From NCBI GenBank assembly GCA_001179505.1, contig CDMY01000877.1:1-13539 (forward strand): a stretch of 13,539 nt of DNA. Direction: 5' to 3'. The notes under the pieces were generated by a model. The model was not told where the DNA came from. It saw nothing but the letters and a program-made list of their open reading frames with translations, and searched no databases. The stretch is from Vitrella brassicaformis CCMP3155. Its lineage: Eukaryota; Protista; Chromerida. Shown piece by piece: positions 6,726-13,539 of this stretch (within the stretch, counting starts at the first letter, position 1; each line of letters opens with the position of its first letter). The position numbers and the translations under genes were made by a program.

Positions 6726-9700
6726 ACCTGAGCGTCGGCCCCGACGCGAGCACCAGCAGCCTCACCGCCAGCAGTGTTCTCGATGACGCGCCACAGCAGG
6801 ACACCTTTGGGCGAGAGCGTCACGAAGTCCATGGGGGCGCTGGGCGGGGCGGACACGATGGCCGTCAGGGGGTGGGGGAGGGTGTCGATGCGCTTGATGG
6901 GCTCGAGCTGCTCGACCGAGTACGGCGGCTGGAGCGACCCCAGGCTCCAAATGCACAAGTGAGCACCACCTACCATCCAGAAAACAGAGAGACTGATGTC
7001 GGGGAAAGAAATGAGCACTGCCTCTCTTGACGGTTGTTCACCTCCTGCGATGAGATACTGCGGCGTGAACTCCACTAGCAGCGGCCTCGTGTATGCGAAC
7101 CCCGCCAGCGCCATTCTCCGGACGCTTCTCGCCTTCAGGTCCCACACCACCAACACGACCGGTGCCGTGCCCTCGGCCATTGGCAGTGGCAGAGGCCCCT
7201 CAGGCCCCCAATGCTCCTGCGGAGCGTGCAGTGCAGCCAGAAATGCCGCGTCCTTGGTCGCTGCCATGGCCACGATCGGCCCATTGGGAGGGCGACCCGG
7301 CAGCTCGGGAGCCACCAGCACAAACTGATGACGCTGTGACGGCGATGCCGACGGGAGAGAGACACCTGTGCCGCTGACCCTGCCCTCCCGCGCCGGTTCG
7401 TCGACGTGGATGGCCGAGCCGACAGCATGGCAGAGCAGCCCCCGACCAGCGAACCACAAGGCGGCTCCCTGGGGGCACTTGGCCGGCGTGCAGCCGCTCA
7501 GACCCTCCAGCTGCAGCCGGTAGGTCAGTGGTGGTGGGGGACCTTCACGTTTGTCTTCTTGTGTCTTGGTGACGGCTGGCGACAGAGGGGCGGCAGCAGG
7601 GGCGGGCGAGGCGGGAGGGGAAGAGGACAGATCTGGGGAGGGGACTCTTTCGGCTGCGGCTGCAACTGGAACCGATGGTGCTGGTGGTGGGGGCGGGGGT
7701 GGGGGAGGGGGCATGGGGGCGGGCTGCAGGTCCTTCAGTGGCGTGTTCACGAAGACCTCAGTGGTGGTTGGGCCCTCCTTGATTGGCGGCTCCCGCTGCT
7801 GCTGGACGGTCTTGGCCACACCCCTGCCGCGCGTCACCCTGGTGCCGACGGGTGCTGCCCCAAGTGACGGGAATTTGGCAGGGATGGCCTCCTCCAGCGC
7901 CTCTGTGACACTCGGCCTGACCTTCCACAACACTGCCTCCTCAGCCCCCACAGTGACGACCCACTCGCCGCACGCCATGACGTCGCGGATGACGCCGTTG
8001 TGGCCCTTGAAGGCCGCATAGGGGGGGACGGGCGCATCGGCCATGGAAGTGGAGGACGCCTCGCGCTCTTTGTCTTTGTCCCGTGCACCTTGATCAGCAG
8101 TAGCGGCGGCACGGAGGCTCTTGGCGCTCCCGCTGCCCACCATCTCGGGAAGGACGGGCCGGGGAGCCGCGCCGTGGAGGTCGTAAGCCTGACATAGACG
8201 AGACCAAGTCGCCTTTGTTTGACGTCCATGTGGTCATTTGTTCGCTCACCCTGAGGTATCCGTCATGGCCGCCGACGAGAAGCATGTTGGGGAGCGGGTC
8301 CTTGCGTGAGAAGGGCACGGCTGCATCGGCCCCCTCGCCATCATCGCCTGTCGACGGGCCCTCCAACGGGCCTTCAGTCGACTTGCCTGGAGGACTATAC
8401 GAGCTTAAGCAAACTGTCGGGATCGAACCTGACACAAGCAGATGAGAAGACAATCAGCTGTGCAATGGGACTTCCCAATCGTACCCATTGATAGGGCGAA
8501 GTCGCACATCGACAGTGGGCAGGGGTTGTCCTCTGGGATGGGCAGGGGGAACAGACTCACTGTCGACCGCGACGTGGCCACCACCACCGCTCGGCTGTCG
8601 GCCGCCACGCTGTAGGTGCTGATCTGTGCGGTGGCCGGCTTCCCCAGCAGACGCAGGCGACCACGGAAGTCGAAAGCGGGCAGCTCGAAGACCCCCAGGG
8701 CCCGTCCGTCGAGCCATCTCACGGCGAAGAAGCTGTCGGGTGAGAAGACGATGGACGGGCAGCCCGACGGCACCTCCTGGAGCGAGGGGCATCGCATCGC
8801 ACAGGCATCCATACGATATATCGAATCATGCGTCGGTGTGGTGGTGGTGCATCGTGTGGTGTTGACCTCACCTGTATGCCAGGGTTTGGAATGCACCGAA
8901 CGACCTCGAACGTGTTGCGCTCGTCGTGAAGGCACAGATCTGGCAAACAGACAGGCAGAGAGGGGAAAACAGAGGAGAGTGGATCCGTGTGAGCAAGAAA
9001 TATGGATGGATGGATGGATGGTGGGGTGGTTTGGTCCAGCTGACCTCCTCGTGTGTCGCACGTCACGAGTCGGCAAGTGGGTCTCGCCTCGGCCTCCAGC
9101 GGCATCGTCAGGAAGTGCATCGCCGTGATAGAATGCTGCACGCATTTTCCATGCAGTGAGCCATACGTATGTCCACACACAGTTGTCAGTGTCCCATCTG
9201 CTCCCACGTACCTGATGGGTGCGCGACTCCATGACCCTCTCCGTGCTGAAGACAGCAAGACCCACACACAGCTCAACCAGCGTCAACCGATACATTGACT
9301 GGCGTGCTGTCTGATGTGCGTACGTGTCAAGGTCCAGGATCCGCAGGGCGCCCGTGGCGAAGCCCACAGCCACGAGGTGGGCGTATGGATGCATTGCCAC
9401 CTGGGTGGCCTCACTCTCCAGCTGGAACTCCAACTGCTGCACTCACGGAGAAAGGAATACCATGAGTCCAGTGGGTGGGCTGTATGTCTTGGTGGGTGGA
9501 TGGAGGCACACACCATCAAGAGTGACGGGAGCCGCCACACACGGAGAGTGTTGTCCTTGGCAATGCTCGATACCTCCTGATACGCACCTGGACGGACGGA
9601 CGGACGATGCAACACAGGTAGGTGCGAGCGTCGATCACTTGCCTGAGACCGCCAGATGGATGTACGGCTGCGTGTGAGTCCGGACGAGGGTCTGGTAGTG

Positions 9701-12539
9701 CTGATCGCGCACATTCAGGACACCCACGCCGCCCTCGAGAGTCCCACACAACACCTACAAGTGAGGGCAGACAGACAATCTCCAGCCACATCCACCGCTG
9801 CATCTGTGTTGGTCTCACCTGTGGTCCGTCCGGGTTGATGTCGAGTGACACTGTGGGCGTGTCGTGCTGAGCGTGCATGTAGAAGCTCGAGAAGTCCAAC
9901 GGCCACACCCTGGCCACACACACACAGCCAGACGCCGCTCGCTTGGCCTGTTGGTCACTTGTGGGAGGATGTGTTAAGGTCGCTAGCATGCCGGAGGTAT
10001 TTGTCTTGGCTGACAGTGAAGCAGAAGCCCTCGTTGACGGCAATGTCCCAGATGGGGCCATCGTGGGCCGGGTGACACTCCCGGAACCTGCGACTCGAGT
10101 AGTCCACCTGAGTCGACAGACAACGCGCACACAGAGAAAGATACACGGATGTTGCGTCGACGGAAAGGCACACAAGTCTCTTTACTGGATCATGGTATTA
10201 CGCACGCACCTCTATGACTTGCCCTGTGCTGCATCCCACAAACACACGGCTGTGGAGGGGAAGGTCCGACCCTGCACAAATACACACACACACACACACG
10301 CAAGTCCGTCCATCCATCCATCCGAGAGGCTTTCCTCGCTGCCTCTCTCCCTCTCTCACAACACACACGTGCCTGAGAAGTACGGCCGTGAGTTTCGGTC
10401 GCACTCAAAGTCGAGGGAGGTGAAGAACTTCCCCCGGGCGAACTGGTTCTCGAACTCGACAGAGCAGCCCGGCAGATGGCCGTTCTGCACACATCGTCAC
10501 ACACAGCACCCGACACACACACGACACTTGCTGTCGTTGGTGCATGCGACAAGAGGGAGCTCTCCCGTCTTTGCTGGCCGACCTTGATTCTGTAGAACCG
10601 GATGTTTTCTTTGCCGCAGGAGACCAGCCTGCCCTCCTCAAAGGGCGAAAACCGGATGCAGCACACATCGAAGTCCGACACTTGGCGTGCGATCTTCGGA
10701 CACTGACAGACAGACAGACGATGGATGCACGGTAGCGTTCGCATGAGTCAGGCAGGTACACATGAGTGCGCGTCCTTCGCGAGGTGCTACCGATGCTTCC
10801 TTGGTCAGTCTCAGTGCGAAGACGAAGATCTCCTGACGCTTCTGGTGGTCAATCCCCGCTACCTGCCCACACACAAACAGACGAGCACTCAATCAGCCGC
10901 CTGTAGAATGCGTTAGTCCGTCGGATCCCTCCCTCCCTCCCTCCCCCCCTCTGTGTGTGTACCACAAGCTGTTTGGCCCGGAGGTCAAAGTCCAATGCCA
11001 GCACCTTGACGAGCGGCGTCAGCTCGGCTGCAGCAAATGTCTGGACAGAGAGGCAGGCAGGCAGGCAGGCAGGCTTCGGTCCACCAGGAGACCTCGGACA
11101 TTCCGCTTACTTACCGCGACTACACGCAGCGGCCTCCGCACCCCGGGGGTCTTGCTCATCTGCCATATCCTGACGAACGACCCAAACACACACACACACG
11201 CACAGTGAGTGTGGCGACGAACGGGATATGCTATGCTGTTCTGTTCTGCAGACCAGACCTACCTGATCATTGGCCCCTTGTCATTCTGCAGGCTGGCGGC
11301 AAAGCACCCGTCGTCGCTCACGTGCACATACTCTATCGGAGCGGTGTGCGCAAACTCATGGGACTGCTCCCCTGCAGTGCAGCCACCCAACCACCCGACC
11401 CACGCACACCACATCGACGAAACAGACCACCCACCCAGACAGACAATCGTACAGTACACCTCCGCCCCACATGGCCTCCGGATTTCACTGACTGACTGAC
11501 TGGCTGACCTGAGTCGGGGTCCATGACTACAAGTGCCGACGAAATGGCCATGAGTACGCGCGTCTTGCCCTCGGCCGCACCCGTGGTGGGTGCGGGTGCG
11601 AGGGGGTCGGACGGGCAGCGCACCCAGACGGCGTGCCGATGCCTCTCACGCGATGCACTCGACAGACCCATCATGCGATGCGGACTCAACACAGGATGCC
11701 TGTGGCAATCAATCAATGCCACACACACACGGACGCACACACAGAGACAGATGCCATGGAGGAAGGACCACCCATCGCATAAACCACCTACCTCATGACA
11801 TGCGACACCGACGGCTGCCCAGGCTGCGCACTGACCATGACCGACTGGCCAGCCCCCGGCCCCCGAACCGACGCCGCGCTCTCAGCCTGTCCCGCATGCA
11901 GATCCACCGGCACCGACATGGACGGTGGCGAGAGGGAACGAATGTGACGCCGATCCATCTCGTCCATATCGTCGCGATGATGCCGGGATGAGACCGTTTC
12001 TCGGTGACCGAGTGGTGGCGACGGCCTTGGGGGTGCGGACGACGGCCTGGGTGGGTGGGGAGGGATCTCCTCGATAACGTCGTCATCCTCCCGCACGCCG
12101 CGTGCAGGTGGCATGGGCGAGGGAGGCTGAGGCTGCTCGGAGCCCTCCGTCGTGGCCGGTGCAGTTGGGCGGACGTGAGGGGCGTTTGGGATATCGAGCC
12201 ATCCGAAGGTCGAGTCCCAGCTGCCGTCACTCACGTGCGCAGAGAAGCGAAGCTCACGGGGAAGGGTCTGGAGGGGGGGAGGAAGAGAGAACAAAGGGCC
12301 TTGTGCTTTGTGGGTGTCTGTCAGGGCTCCCGAGTGACTTGACTTACGTGCGGCAGGTAGAGGGCGTCAGAAGTGAAGACGCCGCGTATCTTGAGGCAGG
12401 AGCAGACCTGGATGGCCTTGAGTGTGTGGCAGGAGGGCAGCTGACGGGTGAAGTGCGACAGCAGCGAGGGGACGTGCACACACACCACACTCCAACAGCT
12501 CTGCAGAGGCGCCGGGTACTGCACCACGCGCGACAACAT

Positions 12540-12574
<35 letters not shown>

Positions 12575-13300
12575 GCATCCACGGAAGAGATACCAGGATT
12601 CAGATTGACTGCCACGCGATGTGTAGTATTTCGAGCGGGCGTCCCCGCTACTTCCCTCTCTCTTACTTTGGGTTCACGGAACATGTTGCTGAGCGATAGG
12701 CGAAGGGTCGTCTGGTCCGCCACAATGAAATCCTGACAGACATTCCAATGCATTCGCACATGGACCCCATCCCATCCCATCTTACTCCCTCCCTACCAGA
12801 TGAATCACGAAGTGGGAAGCCGCCAAGGGCATGACCTGCAGGTACACCTGGGAGGAGCAAACAGAGCGTGCAGTGCATGACAATGACACACACGTTGCGT
12901 TGCGATGTGATGTGCATGACCGTCGGCTCGGTGTGTGCGGTTCGCTTACGAATGCGCCGGTGAGTCCGAGAGATTTGACGTGGCTGCTGGGGTGGGGCAG
13001 CTGCAGAAAGTTGGTGGCGCTGACGGGGCCCTGAATCTTGATCACCCTCTTCCCTATCGTACGGTCCTACACACAACACAACACAACACACCACGCACCA
13101 AGATGCATTCGATTCGCTCACGTCCATCCATCCATCCATCCATCCATCCATCCATCTGTGTTTGTGTGTCAGACTGTGTGAATCCGCTGCCTGCCCACCA
13201 TTTCTTCGGTGACGTTGCCCTGCTGTTGGCATGTGGCCTTGCTCGTCACATCGAAGGCCTTGAACACGTTGACATACGGATGCTGCCACAGCCGAGCCAT
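4008..13300 (-). CDS. WDR90: WD repeat-containing protein 90 / POC16 homolog (centriole inner-scaffold / microtubule-wall protein), 36 exons, about 2124 aa
   Basis: Exons (minus): 13300-13199, 13066-12950, 12847-12797, 12732-12667, 12539-12348, 12267-11792, 11699-11509, 11371-11263, 11169-11115, 11040-10963, 10862-10791, 10702-10583, 10484-10373, 10271-10210, 10107-9992, 9909-9819, 9754-9643, 9587-9514, 9436-9324, 9245-9212, 9135-9045, 8939-8872, 8776-8485, 8428-8250, 8188-7042, 6969-6728, 6654-6423, 6343-6253, 6198-6120, 6036-5980, 5894-5670, 5604-5299, 5234-5183, 5097-4583, 4528-4345, 4279-4008. They total 6375 nt and are phase-consistent. The N-terminus MARLWQHPYVNVFK resembles human WDR90 MARAWQHPFLNVFR as recalled. 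Other WDR90-like segments: SLGLTGAFVYL, FVIHLD, LRLSLSNMFRE, LPRELRF, SDFDV..IRFSPFEEGRLVSCG.ENIRFYRIK, YLRVWPLDFS, DNTLRVW, VAVGFATGALRI, FDGRISSVAFD..QQGVVAT. Confidence 0.9.
5134..5175. repeat. Perfect 21-nt direct tandem duplication inside a WDR90 intron
   Basis: gcaggccatggagtggatgcg at 5134-5154 and 5155-5175. Confidence 0.9.
6695..6722. repeat. (CT)14 microsatellite, intronic; (AG)n just after the donor on the sense strand
   Basis: Read directly; lies in intron 6727-6655. Confidence 0.9.
7682..7711 (-). repeat. Poly-proline tract (P10) in the long WDR90 exon 25
   Basis: Ten consecutive CCN codons: ...LQPAPM-PPPPPPPPPP-APSVP. Confidence 0.9.
12542..12571. repeat. (GA)15 microsatellite that forms the (UC)n polypyrimidine tract of the WDR90 exon 5 acceptor
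   Basis: On the minus strand TTTCTCTC...TCTCAG|ATGTTG directly abuts the AG acceptor at 12540. Confidence 0.88.
13123..13156. repeat. (TCCA)8 microsatellite in WDR90 intron 1
   Basis: Read directly. Shorter GGAT/ATCC runs recur in other introns (about 2252-2283, 9002-9020, 10306-10322). Confidence 0.9.
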
Positions 13301-13539
13301 CCTAGGAATGCAATGCGGACCGCCTCCTTGAGCTATGTCAGGATTGCCAGCTTGGCAAGACGAACCACTGCGAGCTTGTGAGCTAGGGTAGATTGCTGTG
13401 TAACGGAGAGAGAGAGGTGAAGACAAGGAAAGACAAGGAAAGCATTCTGAGGAGACACGATCTTATCAGCCATCACCGAAGTGAGATCTGTGTTGACCAC
13501 CCTTCATGATGCCATACGTGGACAGAAACAACTTTGACT

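Larger units (their letters stand above)
12190..13300 (-). other. WDR90: CFAP20/DUF667-like N-terminal domain of WDR90 (exons 1-5 and start of exon 6)
   Basis: The spliced translation is MARLWQHPYVNVFK...DRTIGKRVIKIQGPVSATNFLQLP...SLGLTGAFVYLQVMP...HFVIHLDF...LRLSLSNMFREPK...CWSVVCVHVPSLL...HTLKAIQVCSCLKIRGVFTSD...LPRELRF. The IDxTIGKRV/IQGxVxAxNF, FVIHLD and LKxIQVCxxxxxRxxxxSD patterns are characteristic of CFAP20-like domains. Confidence 0.82.

Noticed and set aside
7682-7723. G5 runs able to form a G-quadruplex on the plus strand
   Set aside because: They are fully explained by the poly-proline codons on the coding strand.
3866-13381. Numerous plus-strand ORFs (e.g. 3866-4477, 7406-7867, 8616-9128, 9943-10587, 12102-12608)
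   Set aside because: They are antisense shadows of GC-rich WDR90 exons or translated microsatellites (HTHT, SIHP, ERER), with no domain signal.
13301-13426. Upstream in-frame extension of WDR90 (MSSPLSLR...)
   Set aside because: Similarity to WDR90 begins exactly at MARLWQHP (13300), and the upstream in-frame stretch looks like 5' UTR.

Overview
Eukaryotic genomic DNA, GC-rich and intron-dense. Introns are about 55-130 nt and full of CA/GA/GGAT microsatellites. The style suggests a chromerid alveolate such as Vitrella, but that is an inference. All four real features lie head-to-tail on the minus strand. (1) A 36-exon WDR90/POC16 centriolar protein gene (13300->4008, about 2124 aa; N-terminal CFAP20/DUF667-like domain plus many WD40 repeats). 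(2) A 13-exon orphan gene (3617->1230, about 522 aa) with a signal peptide, a Cys-rich N-half and a helical/coiled-coil-like C-half. (3) A full-length spliceosomal U6 snRNA (984->877). (4) Directly downstream of U6, a reading frame that ends in the start of an APE/EEP-type endonuclease domain typical of non-LTR retrotransposon ORF2 and runs off the left edge. Most ORFs in the supplied track are exon fragments or antisense shadows. The most interesting points are the U6-LINE-endonuclease juxtaposition, a B-box-like motif downstream of U6, an apparent excess of GC-AG introns (about 5-6 of 47), and introns whose ends can base-pair through AC- versus GU-rich tracts. All exon models were built by hand from splice signals and frame continuity, without RNA data.
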